A stretch of 63,426 nucleotides of DNA, the filler included, from Octopus bimaculoides (lineage: Eukaryota): the NCBI RefSeq assembly GCF_001194135.2. It is 7 parts of 6 records of this genome, joined end to end, with 100 filler letters (N's around TTAATTAATTAA, not from the genome) between each part and the next. Parts side by side here need not be neighbours in the genome. Positions count along the whole stretch, not along the records: positions 33,185 to 42,077 come from NC_068992.1; positions 42,178 to 44,256 come from NW_026347858.1; positions 44,357 to 54,083 come from NC_068988.1; 4 more parts are not named here. One strand, written 5' to 3'. Made by a program: the position numbers and the translations under genes. Under the pieces are notes generated by a model that saw only the letters and a program-made list of their open reading frames with translations, was not told the DNA's origin and did not search any database. Shown here in pieces: positions 37,470 through 50,661 of the stretch. The first letter of the stretch is position 1. Every line of letters starts with the position of its first letter.

Positions 37470-39803
37470 ATGGAAAATGTAGTTGGCCGAAAGATCGCCG
37501 TATTTCAGGATTTTGTTCTGCCCGGCCGCAGAAGCTGTGGATCTCGCCCTGACCGCAGCATCCAGGATGTAAGAAGAAGTAAAGGAGTCGCTAACTGTGA
37601 CGTCTCAGACAAGGCATCTACCTTGCGATCAGGAGAACAGGATGAGGCCGTCATGTCGTTTCCCATCACATCTGGACAATCCAGATGGTTTCAAGATTGG
37701 AGGGGATGTTTGCCTGGGCAAGCTCCTCTTGAGTATCAGGTTCAACTCCGTATGACGCGCGAAGCAACCAGTGTTCAGCTGCAAGAAAGGCCCTGGAGGC
37801 CTGTGGAGTCGAGGAGCCTGTCACAACGACAAATGAAACCTGTGCATACGTCAGCACCCACTCTGAGGGCAATGGAGACACGAAGTTCGTCCAAGCTGAG
37901 TAGGCCACCAACATTAACCACAGGGATGGCATCAATTCAGTCTCCTGAGTATTTGGCGCTAGCAGACAGTAAGTGGCACCTTGAAAACTGGTCCGTCTGG
38001 ATGAGGAGTTATGTTTTCCTAAGCTCTCTGACTCCGACAGTCCTCCACCTTCTCAGGAGCAGACAAGCCCAATTCCCTCAAGTGTTGGAGAGCTTCATTC
38101 AACTCCCTATTGGAGCTGGTCTATGCTGGAAAGGAAAGAATGATGCTCACCGGGGTGGAGCAGGCGTGGGTGGAGGAAAGGAAGCCGAGGAGAGAGAGGG
38201 ATGAACACTTACGAAGTCCAAGACCTCCAAATTACATGGGCAATGCAACTTGATCGCGGGACGTTGGAGACAGTCTGACATTGACTAAGCATTCGAGTCT
38301 TTCAAAGATTAGGTTGTCGAAGAGTTGGAGGCACGATGGGAATCGATAAGATGAGCTGACTCTGAGTAAATATAGAAGCTTAAGGATCGAGCGGTAATGC
38401 CTAAATATGATAAAACCTTGATGGGGTTTGACAGCTTCAATATTTTTCAGCAATTACTCAAGAGCAGCCACCTTTGACTGCAAGATAGACTCAAAGGCAA
38501 GGTTAGTGATTGAGGAACCTAGAGAGCACCAAGCCGATGGGGGAGGGACTGCAATGGAAGGGAAACAATTCTTCGAAAGGGTCAATAGTTGGTTGATTTG
38601 AGAAGCGGGGTGGTTGAGGATCCAGAGCTCACATTTGGAGCTGTTTACTTGGCGACCCCGGTGACCAAGCTCCCCAATCATGTTTGCAATGGCGTGAACT
38701 CTGTCCGGAGGTTCCCCCAAACAAGCATCGTCGAGATACCTAACGTTCAGGTCTAGCTCGACCCCCATCTTGGTGATGTCATCAATGCCCAAGTGGGTCA
38801 CTCTGTTGGATCCCTGAGGCGGAGGTGATGCTTTGGACACCAAAAGAGAGATAGGAGGGCTCCCGATAAGCCTGCCATGCAAAGCGGTAGGGTTGTAGGA
38901 CCTCCTCTCTTACTGAGCTGAAGACAGCATCGCGGCTGATGGAGTTGAAGACATTCTTAAGGTCAAGTTTGAGGATGACCTTGGGTGACAAGGATGGCAA
39001 GTTGGCATAGGCTCTGATAGCGTGGGCAGCAGCTTCACTTCCCAACTTGGTTGCCCACTTCTAGCTGAGTGGGGGAAAATTCCTCCTCCCATAAACTAGA
39101 GACCGATTTAAGCACACCTTTACAGTGAGACGGCGAAGGGTGCAGACGACAGCAATGGGGCGCAGGTCGCCATTGGGTTTAGTGAACCCGAATAATTTTG
39201 CACCGAAGAATAGTGGACAGTTATAAGGGAGGACGTTTGCTGAAGAGAACTGGTTCATAAACTGAGTCAAATGATCGATGTCCAATTGAAGTGAGAAATG
39301 GTCAGGGTGGACTCAAATAGCTGGAACTGTCGCTTGAGAGAGGATGTAAGGGAGCCCGATTTCACATCGTGCACGGGGAGAGAGATGCGAGGAAACAGAA
39401 AAAGTTTCTGCCAGTCGGACTCATTGTTGGATAAACATACGTTTTTCAACAAGCTGGAGAGCGTGTGAGCAAACCTATTCCGAGCTCCCTTAGGGATCCG
39501 GTTAATGAGCTTCGATTTAGATAAACCCTGGAGGGCTGCAGCAAAGTCCTCAGTAGAGAGCTGGTTGTCCGGGTGTGAGGGGTCTCCACGGAGTGCATTG
39601 GAACTGAAGTGACACTAACTGCAGGTCCAATATGGAAGACTTTCGGCTTGAGCCTTGGTGATGCGGTCACAACTCCTGTGGTAATTTTGGTGGCACAGGT
39701 GACAATTAATTGTCTTTAAGTAACGGCTAGTGCGAGCACAGAGAGCACAGTCAGACGGTGAGCTAGCAACGACCGACAGTAGAGGGCTAGTATTGGAACT
39801 CAA
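37470..39803 (-). mobile_element. CRE-clade-like LINE: PHD finger + RT + zinc finger/REL endonuclease
   Basis: RIPKGAR..W..L..F, FFGAKLFGFTKPNGDLRPIAV, KLDLKNVFNSISR, GIQQSDPLG, YLDD, and ANIPSNLE followed by an REL-type region. An N-terminal C4HC3 motif is in the same frame. Confidence 0.8.
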
Positions 39804-40934
39804 NNNNNNNNNNNNNNNNNNNNNNNNNNNNNNNNNNNNNNNNNNNNNNNNNNNNNNNNNNNNNNNNNNNNNNNNNNNNNNNNNNNNNNNNNNNNNNNNN
39901 NNNNNNNNNNNNNNNNNNNNNNNNNNNNNNNNNNNNNNNNNNNNNNNNNNNNNNNNNNNNNNNNNNNNNNNNNNNNNNNNNNNNNNNNNNNNNNNNNNNN
40001 NNNNNNNNNNNNNNNNNNNNNNNNNNNNNNNNNNNNNNNNNNNNNNNNNNNNNNNNNNNNNNNNNNNNNNNNNNNNNNNNNNNNNNNNNNNNNNNNNNNN
40101 NNNNNNNNNNNNNNNNNNNNNNNNNNNNNNNNNNNNNNNNNNNNNNNNNNNNNNNNNNNNNNNNNNNNNNNNNNNNNNNNNNNNNNNNNNNNNNNNNNNN
40201 NNNNNNNNNNNNNNNNNNNNNNNNNNNNNNNNNNNNNNGAACCCGTGCTGGAGAGAGGTTAGCTTCTCTCGAGCGTACCGAACTTGGTGGAGAATGCAAG
40301 GTCCGAGGGTGATCTATTGCCACATAGTCGCTCCTCCAGGTACATCTCTTGGTCGTTCGACGCATGCCTCCGTCACACAGAATGGATTGGTTTAAGTGGT
40401 GGCAACCCCACCGATCGGCAGTCGCCGGTGATTGGGAGATAAGAAACAACGAATATACAAAAATAAACGGAGGTGGGGGGGAAGAAAGTGAAAAAGAGGG
40501 AGAGAGGAAAAGAAAAGAAAGGTGACAAAACTTTACAGAGCTTTATCAAAAAAGTTAAAAAAGTCACACACATGCGACATCCTCCAAAAATGGCAGAGGG
40601 AAAAGAGCAAAACAAGATAAAGAAGATAAACTGTTGAATAGTTCAGTTCAAGATCAAAACCGCTGAATGTAAACAGACGGGTAGGTACATAAGTAATTTG
40701 AGCAGACAAGCACACATACACACGCAAAGGAAGACTGAAACACGTGACCATATACACACACACTTCACTTCACACAGGGATACATATGGAGACACGCATC
40801 GATACATATAGACACAGTACAATAGAACCTCGGTTTTCGAACAAATCTGATCACAAATAAATCGTACAAATAAATCTCCTGTCTTTCTCATATTCATTCA
40901 ATGCAATAGTAACTCGGTTGACGAACGCCTCGTT

Positions 40935-42070
40935 TTTTTTTATTTATTACTCACAAGGGGCCAAATATAGAGGTTTATACAGCACAAAAGACAATACAAA
41001 ACATAAAATCGGGGAAACAAAAATGCAAAAAGGAAATCGAGCAAAGAAGAAGAAACGAATGAAACCATGACTAATGACAAAATCAGGCGCAATGCTCACT
41101 CGACGCCCGAAGTCGTGTGGTCACATTTACACATGACTTTGGACAGTTTTTCCTCTTTTTCTTTTTATTTCTTTTTTTTTTTTTGAAAACAAAAAGTTCA
41201 TATTCTCATCATCACTTTCCCTTCCATACTGTTCATAATTACACCTCCACTCTTCCCAAATCCCTACACTCCACCACGGGCGGCGGAGTGTCACACATCC
41301 ACAGTCCGTCCATTACACTCACCAATCCATCGCATGGATCCATAAATCCTTCATCTCTCCCTTCATTCACCAGAACTCCTCGTTACACTTCTCTCTGGGC
41401 AACCTCACCGTCACCAGTCTCCTCCACCTTGACACTCCTATCTCCACCTCCACACTCACCCCGCAGACTATCAAGAATCTCTCATGACTACTTTCCTCCT
41501 CTCTTGGTTTCTACTCTACCGCTTGCGCATGTTTAGGCTGTTCCCCACCTTTTGGGGGCTGACAAACCTGTTATTACCCTCCTTTACCGCTTTCGTTCTG
41601 TCTTCCTCAGTCTTTTCTTTCTCTTTTGCATCTCTAACGCACTTTGCATCGCTTTTGTCCTCTCTGTCTTTTTCAATTTTTTTTCCCATCTCCATTTCTT
41701 AGTTCTTTTCCACTACTTTCTCACTCTGAGTATACTCGTACTTGGGGCACTATGTCTTCATATGACCCCTTACTCCACATATGTAAAAATTGGGTCGACG
41801 ACCCTCTACAACAACTTTAAGCGAACTTTCCTCTGCAATCTCCATCTGGTATCGGATCCTCTCAATGTCTTCAAAAGTGGCAAAAATTCACATCTCAACA
41901 CCGCATCAACGCCAAGTTTAACATGTTTGCTCTTCCTACCGGTCCCAACTCTGGATTGTCTTCAGTAGCAGCCAGAACAGCTGCCACCAACCACTCTGTT
42001 TTTATTTCAGGTGGCACTCTCCCTATTCGGATTCGAACACTGCGCCTGCTCCCATACGTGGGCAGCAGCG
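40935..42070 (-). mobile_element. Decayed LINE 3' fragment, clade uncertain
   Basis: Thumb-like LKTLRGSDTRWRLQRKVRLKLL*RVVDPIFTYG. Ends in CCCCTTGTGAGTAATAAATAAAA plus an A tract. Confidence 0.45.
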
Positions 42071-43454
42071 CTATCTCNNNNNNNNNNNNNNNNNNNNNNN
42101 NNNNNNNNNNNNNNNNNNNNNTTAATTAATTAANNNNNNNNNNNNNNNNNNNNNNNNNNNNNNNNNNNNNNNNNNNNTAAGTACCAGGCTTTAAAAACTT
42201 GTACTGTGGTCGATTCATTCGACTAAAGTCCTTCCACTCTTGCCCCAACATGACCGCATTCTAATGATTGAATCCAGTAAACGATGGAAAAGATAAAAAT
42301 AGGAAATATGTACAAAAATAACTTGGCTCTTCTGAAGAAATAAATATATTAAGACAGAAATTTATTATATCTAAATTTATTATTATCTTTTATAGATTCA
42401 TTTCCAAATGTTAATAAGCAGATTACTTAATAAGTGTTACTTCAATATTTACATTTTTTTCTGTCTACTCGAGATACCTAACTTTATTTTATCATTTTGC
42501 CTGGAACGCTTATTTTCATTCTTTTGTCCTTCAACTACATGGATCAAAATCCCAAAAGTTTCTTGCGCATTGTACAAATATGCCGAAAGCAATCATTTCC
42601 TTTTATAAGATCATTAGTGATTCATATGTCGTTTACGATTCTCTTATGTTGTTGTATGAGTGAACCGGAGCAAAACTTTGATGAGCGATATTACGTGTTG
42701 ATTCTCTTCGAGTAACTATGAAGGGACATTCTTCTGATATTCCACTCACTGCTTACGTCCAAGAGCGATATCGAAATGGTAAACCTCCGAAAAATAAATA
42801 GTGGTACTGAGAGAGAAAATAAAAATAACAATATAATTTACCAGTCGGTTGTTGTGTATGGTAGAAAGTGAGGTGCCGGTTTATTATGCAATCAACATTA
42901 GTTGAAATGGTATAGTTTGTCATCTACACCGACCTTTTGGTGTGTAATGATTGAATCCAGTAAATAAAAGATAATAATTGGAAATTTGTACCAAATAACT
43001 TGGCACTTCTAAGGAAATAGATATTTTAGGACAGAAATTTATTATATCTCAATTTATTATTATCATTTATAGATTCATTTCCAAAAAATTGTAGCAAGAA
43101 ACCATTTCATGAAGAAAAGTTAAAATATCATATTTAAAAAATAGAACGGCAACAGTGAAATTTGAAAGTATAGAAAATCGAGAGATTTCAAAACGAAGCA
43201 AGATTTTCACATTTCCTTCGCTTCACCCGATTGTCATGCATTTAGTTGTGTTTCAAATTATAAAGCATTATTGCGGATTATGCGGTTTAGATAGTCTCTT
43301 TGTCGCATACTTTTGATTTAATAAGCTAAACTAAACGTATGTTATATGAAAATTTGGTTAATGTAATATAAATAGAAAATTTAGTCTTCTGAAGAATAAT
43401 ATGATCAAAGGGGACACTTGAAGACGTATGCATGTATGTATGTATGTATGTATG

Positions 43455-43660
43455 TACGAAGGGGTAGCAGAATGTAACCGGAGATGCTGTTTGTGGGTCA
43501 AGTTGTAGTTCAGGCTTCGGCTGCCAGAATCTACATGACGCCAGTTCCAGGCATCAGTACGCCGACGGGCGTCGTCGAGTGTCCTGCTGCTACGTAATGC
43601 GTCATTGCTTTAAATGGGACAACGAGTCACTCTGGAAACTTCCTGTTTTCATATTAACTG
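43455..43660 (+). mobile_element. Mariner-type terminal remnant
   Basis: TACGAAGGGGTAGCAGAATGTAACCGGA after a (TATG)n tract. No partner end found. Confidence 0.35.
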
Positions 43661-43699
43661 TACCTAAGAATGTATCACCTGAATAGAGATCTACTTTCC

Positions 43700-43965
43700 A
43701 ATTCTTCATGCTAAATCTAATTAATTCTCATACGTTCTCTGCTACACGGAATATACTCAAACATTCACTTATACATCTGTGTGGGACCATATCATAGGCT
43801 TTCCTATAATCTATCCATGTTATTGTTAGGTTTATCTTTCTAGCTTTTACTTCATTCAGAACTGCTTTGTCTATGTATAAACAGATCATGCGTCCCTCTC
43901 GCCTTCTTCCTGCAACCTTTCTCTTCTTCTGGCAGGAAATTCTGTTTCTCAAGTTGCTCTTTACT
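43700..43965 (-). mobile_element. R4/Dong-type LINE RT fragment
   Basis: LYIDKAVLNEVKARKINLTITWIDYRKAYDMVPH..FRVAENV. Confidence 0.8.
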
Positions 43966-44029
43966 NNNNNNNNNNNNNNNNNNNNNNNNNNNNNNNNNNN
44001 NNNNNNNNNNNNNNNNNNNNNNNNNNNNN

Positions 44030-44098
44030 TTACTATTACTACTACTGCTACTGCTACTACTACTACTACTACTATTACTACTACTACTACTGCTACTG

Positions 44099-44150
<52 letters not shown>

Positions 44151-44190
44151 CGGTGCTGCTGGTGCTGGTGCTGCTGTTGCTGCTGTTGTC
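44030..44190. repeat. (TAC)n/(TGC)n microsatellite
   Basis: Read directly from the sequence. Confidence 0.95.
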
Positions 44191-44356
44191 ATTATAGAAG
44201 ACGTCACACAGTATTGAAACACGTGATGTTGTTGATTGAAGGAGTTGTGTGTACCGNNNNNNNNNNNNNNNNNNNNNNNNNNNNNNNNNNNNNNNNNNNN
44301 TTAATTAATTAANNNNNNNNNNNNNNNNNNNNNNNNNNNNNNNNNNNNNNNNNNNN

Positions 44357-44398
<42 letters not shown>

Positions 44399-47296
44399 GA
44401 ATCGTTTGTAGAAATACATAAATCTGAGGAGAAGCACACTCTAAGATGTAGAGCAGTTAATATTATAGTGAAGTAGGCCGGTTTATAGGATTACCTGGGT
44501 TCTCGTTCATAAAGGGTTGAGCCTTCTTTCACGACAACCAAAAATACCAAAATGATAGTAACATCAACACATACAGCCTTCGATCATATAAACACCCTCC
44601 ACACAATCCCCAACTCGACAAATTTGAAGCAGATATGCTTCATATGATTAGAAACATTAAATTCTCCAAATGTAAATCCTCTTTCAAAAAAAAAAACGCA
44701 TCTTTTACATACCATAAAACAAATCGTTTCATCCCCTAAATTACACGTTTTCTCGGATAAAACAGGAAATATGTATCCTATTACCATCAAAGAATACAAC
44801 AAATTCATAAAGAAGGAACCCAAATCTTACAAGCCGGCACCAACATCTGCCCTTGACGGCATTAACACCAACCATTGAAAACTTATGTAGAAATTACACG
44901 TTGATGACTGCACAGAACCATACTGCCCTACACCTCCACGCTTCAACCTAAAAGATTATAAGAAGGACTTTATAACCAAACCATCGATACGCCTCATATG
45001 CCCCACCAAATCCAACCTGAGAAGAATAAGTAAAAATATTTTCGACAAAATAATACTAATCATCAAGGAGAGATTAAACGTCAACTTATGGTCCTGTACA
45101 GGTGAAGTTATAACATGGTTCCATCTCTTAAACAACAAAAACTGTTATTCTTTCCTACAATTCAATATAAATAATTATTATTCTTTTATTTCCCCCAAAC
45201 TTCTTAATCAAGCTCTCCTTCTAGCTAGGAATCTAACTAACCTTACCCCACTAGAAATTATCCTTAATGCCCGCAAAACCCTTATTTCTTTTGAGGACAA
45301 ACCCTGCTGAGCCAATCACCATAACAGTACCAATAACCATAGCAATTTATTTGACATTATCATGGGATCACACGACTCCACCCAGGTCACCAACCTCGTT
45401 GGACTGCACATACTCCACTAGCTCCAAGTACATTTCCCTAACCTCAAGGGAGGCCTCTACAGAGATGATGCCTTGCTAGTTACCAAGAGCATAAATAAAT
45501 CCTCTTTAGAACGAGCTAGAAAAGATCTACACAAATTTTTCTCTAGCCTAAACCTGTCTATTTCGTTTGAATATTCCCCCAAAACTACTAACTTTTTAGG
45601 CATAACTTTAAACTTAGAAACCTCCCAGTACTCCCCTTATCCCAAATCTAACCAATACCTTAAATACTTAAACATTCACTCCAATCATCACAAATCCACC
45701 TTTGATAATATAGTCAAGGGTATCTCGATCCGTGTATCTTCCTCTCTATCACTGAGGAAATATTCAATAACCATGCGCCATATTACAACCAAGCGCTCGC
45801 TGCCAGCGGCTTCTCTCAACAAATGAAATACATCCCTAATACTAGGCTCAAGCAACATATATCTCAAATTACATCGCAACAGCATACCAACCATCAGAAT
45901 CACAACAGACCAGAGATACACTATGCTAGAAGCCCGGGAGAACCCGCATTAAGACAACCTAGACCTCACACACACATATAACACTAGGTCAAAAGCTAAA
46001 ACAACTAACAACAACGAGCCTTGCTACTCACCTCCATTTTCCAAAAATAGATATAGCACTACCCCTAAGTACCCGATAAAAAGTGGTTGACGCTCTATTT
46101 TATGGTATACAACCCCCTTCTCACTAAACATTAAGAACTTAGCTAAATAATTTAATGTGCTGGACTCCAACTTCCATCATTAACTATTACTCTATCTTTA
46201 ATAGATCTATCCTGAAGCTATCCTATTCCCTCACCCTCTAATAAATAAAAGCTTTCTCTCTACTATCAAAACTCACACTATAACAACTCTGATTACACGA
46301 GCACCCAACTTGTACATAGCTTCAATACTGAACCTCATACGTTAGACCACAACCATAACCCAACCTATCCTACTAACACTATCCAGAATATTACCACAAC
46401 TTCCACCACCGCTACAGATAGAATAATTAACAACAACGATAGCACTAATAACAATAACAGTAATAATACTAATAACTTTCTACCCCATCTCTTTCTACCT
46501 CCATCTCTAACCTCTCCCCTGATGGTATTAACTCTTCCATTCACGAAAATAATCCCCAAAATACACCTACTTGTAACTGCCGTCTTAGGCCCATCTGCCC
46601 TCTACAAAGCCATTGTAGACCTAATGTAATTTATAAATGTACTGTCTTCAACACATTACACAATTCTACAGCTATATATATAGGGATGACCATAAATCTT
46701 AAATAGCGATATGTCTCTCATCTCTGTTCTTTTAGATACGAGAAACACAGTAAATCCACAACACTCGCCAGTTACATACACCATCTGAAAAATAAAAATA
46801 TTCCCTACATTTTGTCATGGTCAGTAATAGATTCAGGGCTTCCATACCATGGTCAACGCTTAGCCTGTAAGTTATGCCTTAAAGAGGTATTCCATATATT
46901 AAAGCACAACTCCTCGACACTCCTCGACACCGCTTTTTTCATACCTTCAAATTTTACCACAAATCTAAATGCAACCTAAATAACCACACAGCATATATCC
47001 ACAACACCCCTTAGGTAATCCCTAACAACCCTACTTAACTTTAATTTATCTCCATTTTAATTTTTAATCTTTAATTTTTAACTCCTCTATCTTATTTTTA
47101 AGGACCTTAATCATTTGATACTACATATATGGACTTACAAGAAGATACATGTGTGTGTGTAAATGTGTGTGCATGTATTTTTATGTATGTATATGTAAGT
47201 GTGGTTAAATGTGTGTGCATGTATTTTCATGTATGCATGTATATGTATGTGGGTATATGTATATATACATACATAATATATATATATATATATATA

Positions 47297-47467
47297 GGCA
47301 CAGGAGTGGCTGTGTGGTAAGTAGCTTGCTTACCAACCACATGGTTCCGGGTTCAGTTCCACTGCGTGGCACCTTGGGCAAGTGTCCTCTGCTATAGCCT
47401 CGGCCCGACCAAAGCCTTGTGAGTGGATTTGGTAGACGGAAACTGAAAGAAGCCTGTCGTATATATG

Positions 47468-47502
<35 letters not shown>

Positions 47503-47695
47503 TTGTGTGTCTGTCCCCCCAACATTGCTTGAAAACAGATGGTGGTGTGTTTACGTCCCCGTAACTTAGCGGTTCGGCAAAAGTGACCGATAGTACTAGG
47601 CTTACAAAGAATAAGTCTTGGGGTCGATTTGCTTGACAAAAGGCGGTACTCCAGCATGGCCACAGTCAAATGACTGAAACAAGTAAAAAAAAAGT
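47297..47695 (+). mobile_element. SINE family A inserted in the Penelope-like element
   Basis: Full head-to-tail match to the other family A copies. Confidence 0.9.
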
Positions 47696-48826
47696 ATATA
47701 TATATATATATATGTATGTATGTGTGTGTATGTAATATGTACGTGAGTGTGTGTATGTGTATATATATGTATACGTAAATACCTGTATGCGTGCGTGTGA
47801 CTGTGTAAGCGCGTGTGCGCCTGCACATATGTATGTGCGTATGCATGTATATGTATGCGCATGCATATGCGTGTATGAATACATTTATGGATGCGCATGA
47901 GCATGCACGTGTATATGTGTATGTATATGCGTATTTACATATATATGTATATATATATATATGTGTGTGTGTGTGTATATGTATATATGCATATGCGCAC
48001 ATATATATATATGCACGTGTGTGCATGCGTACATATGTCATTATACCTTCTTTCCTCTTCTCTGATTCCTACCTATCACATGCATCTGTTTATAGAAATC
48101 TGACATCCTTGTATTCTTGCCTCCCCTTTAAATTTTGCTACTAAAACTACCACTCACTTTAGTATCACCCCACCCATACCTATTCTCTACCTATCTCTTA
48201 ATACAGCCCTATCATATCACCCCTATTCACATATCTCACACTTATTCACTCTTTACCATTTCATCTCTTCCTATCCACCCTCCACCCCTCCTCTCCCATC
48301 CTCTCCTCACATTATCTTGACCACCAATAACACTCCTTTTCTCACTTCTGTCACCCTTTTTCACATTTTCACTCTTTTCCCGTTTTTCTCTCTTTATTAT
48401 TGTTTTGTCCTTTTTCTTTTTTTCTCTCTTTCTTCGTTTCATTTCCTCTTCCTGTCTTCATTTTGACCTATCTCTTCATTCTAATCATACACATCTCCAC
48501 TCCCATCCACAAATGCTACCAATACATTCTCAAATTTTCATTCACACCACAAAACCCCTTCGAATGAGGAACACAGAATCCACGGTTCCATACTTTGAAA
48601 TGATTAAACATGAACTACTATTGGAACTTACATACCATGTACAGGAAACGTTTTTACCACTCTTATACACCACTTTACTCAAATAATGGAACTGCAACTA
48701 CAATATTTCATATTTTATTTCTACTTTCATTCTCTTATATCCTTCTCTATTTCCTATCTCCTCCTTTTCCATAATAATTCCTTATTTCACACTCTAACAT
48801 TTACCTCTATTCAACCATCTCATATC

Positions 48827-48874
48827 GTCTCTGACGGAGGGATATCCATAATATCCCAGAAATAGCTGTAAGAC
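48827..48874 (+). ncRNA. Degenerate hammerhead motif at the 3' end of a Penelope-like element
   Basis: GUCU-CUGACGG-A-GGGAUA[UCCAUAA]UAUCCC-A-GAAA-UAGCUG-U-A-AGAC. Stems I and II are perfect, core A9 is changed to G, and stem III is a near-palindrome. Confidence 0.55.
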
Positions 48875-49094
48875 TATATCTATATCTCTTTCCTTATAAA
48901 TGTCCTAAAAACTCCCCACAGCCTTGGCTTTGTAATCTCTTTTTGTCTAATGTGTATATATATTCATGCTAATACAAAGTCCACATTAAACTCCTCACTC
49001 GTATCACTATCGAACCAAGAGTTTAACTAGGATCTGTCCATAGCACTTACTTAGCGTTACCTGCCACTCTTTGGGTTTTCTAGATACCAAAACC

Positions 49095-49148
<54 letters not shown>

Positions 49149-49410
49149 TATTTTATTTAAAAGAGTTCCAACTGTCTGATTTTTATGTTTTATTTATATT
49201 CTTGTAAAATTAAAGTGAGATATATAATATATAATATATAATATAAAAATGGATGGTACAATGAAATGAAGTATTGAATGTCTTATTGAACATATGGAAT
49301 ATGTCTTATTGAATATATGAAATATTGAGTGTTCAATATAAAGGATTAAATATATAAAGGCGAATACGTATTTTCAATACCTTGTGGTATTCATCATGGC
49401 CTGTATCTCA

Positions 49411-49666
49411 CAGTCTTTTGCCGAACCACTAAGTTATGGGGACGTAAACACACCAACATCGGTTGTCAAGCAATGGTTGGGGACAAACATAGACACACAC
49501 ACATACATATATACGACGGGCTTCTTTCGATTTTCGTCTACCAAATCCATTCACAAGGCTTTGGTCGGCCCGAGGCTATAGTAGAAGACACTTGCCCAAG
49601 GTGCCACGCAGTGGGACTTAACCCGAAGCCATGTGGTTGGTAAGCAAGCTACTTACAGCCACTCCT
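49411..49666 (-). mobile_element. SINE family A lacking the 3' tail
   Basis: Head and body match the other copies. Confidence 0.8.
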
Positions 49667-49667
49667 C

Positions 49668-50442
49668 AGGATTAGTTAAAAAGAAGGCAACAAACAGAAA
49701 AAATGACATATATATATATAATTCACAAAAACGTAGTAAATAAACAAACGAACAAATATAAATACGCAGGCGAACGGAAAACACAGAAGGTCACCAACTC
49801 CTCATCAGTTATTGGCTAGAGGGTCAAACGCAATTTCGGCTGTTATCGATAATATTACTTCCACTCTGGAAGCACCGGCAAGAAACTTACCGGGAATGGG
49901 ATCAAAACTCAACAAAACGAGACGGGCTCGAGACGAGACCGTTAGTAGATGGATGAGGGACAAAACAATAAACAGAATAAAGGCTTAGGGCCAGACGAAG
50001 ACAACATTTAAAAATAATAATAATACATATACAACAAAAAAGAAGCCTTGGGGCTGCAAGATAAGATAACGCAAAAGAGAAATGGCAATTGTCTTAAAGG
50101 GCTATAGACATGGGAGAGGTAGAACGAGGAGCACGGAAAATCGTGACCAGTCCAGTCGAAGAGAAAGCGAAAAGAATGACACTGCCTTAGGTTGTCACGG
50201 ATCACGTGATAGTGGGAGGAGGGTAGATGCATCCAGAGTGGAAGCAATATTGCCAATAAAGGCCGAAATTGCGTTTGACCCTCTGGCTGATAACTGATGA
50301 AGAGTTGGTGACCTTCTGTGTTTTCTGTTTACCTGTGTATTTAGTATATGTTCGTTTGTTTATTTACTATACATTTTTGTGAATTATGATATATATCGGT
50401 ATGTCATATTTTGCGTTTGTTGTCTTCTTTTTATTTAATCCT
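49668..50442. repeat. Inverted repeat with about 210-bp arms (49668-49874 / 50228-50442)
   Basis: The arms are reverse complements sharing GAAATTGCGTTTGACCCTCT..TAACTGATGA..GTTGGTGACCTTCTGTG. Core is about 350 bp. Confidence 0.8.
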
Positions 50443-50661
50443 GAAAATATTATTTATGTAACGCACACCTGAATTTTTTACCCTATACACATATATACAC
50501 ATGTATATAATATTAAGTATGTTATAGAAAGTATGAGCTATTTGCGGAGTGCTCGTAGAGAGTCAATACAAAAAAATACAAAGTAGAGGAAAATGAAAAC
50601 GCAAATCCTAGGCACTCAAACAAATTCCCGAACGTATAAATGAAGATATTCAATCAATGTA

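Larger units (their letters stand above)
44420..49090 (+). mobile_element. Penelope-like retroelement (RT + GIY-YIG + 3' hammerhead), interrupted by a SINE and microsatellites at about 47130-48035
   Basis: RT: FDIIMGSHDSTQVTNLVGL, GLYRDDAL, NFLGITLNL, YLNIHSNH. Endonuclease at about 46572-46800: CNCRLRPICPLQSHCRPNVIYKCTV..IYIGMTINLK*R. Pyrimidine-rich 3' region with a hammerhead at 48827. Confidence 0.85.

Noticed and set aside
42408-42715. Hydrophobic ORFs as possible downstream GPCR exons
   Set aside because: No class A motifs (LAxAD, DRY, CWxP, NPxxY), no convincing splice pair, and they lie beyond two synthetic linkers.
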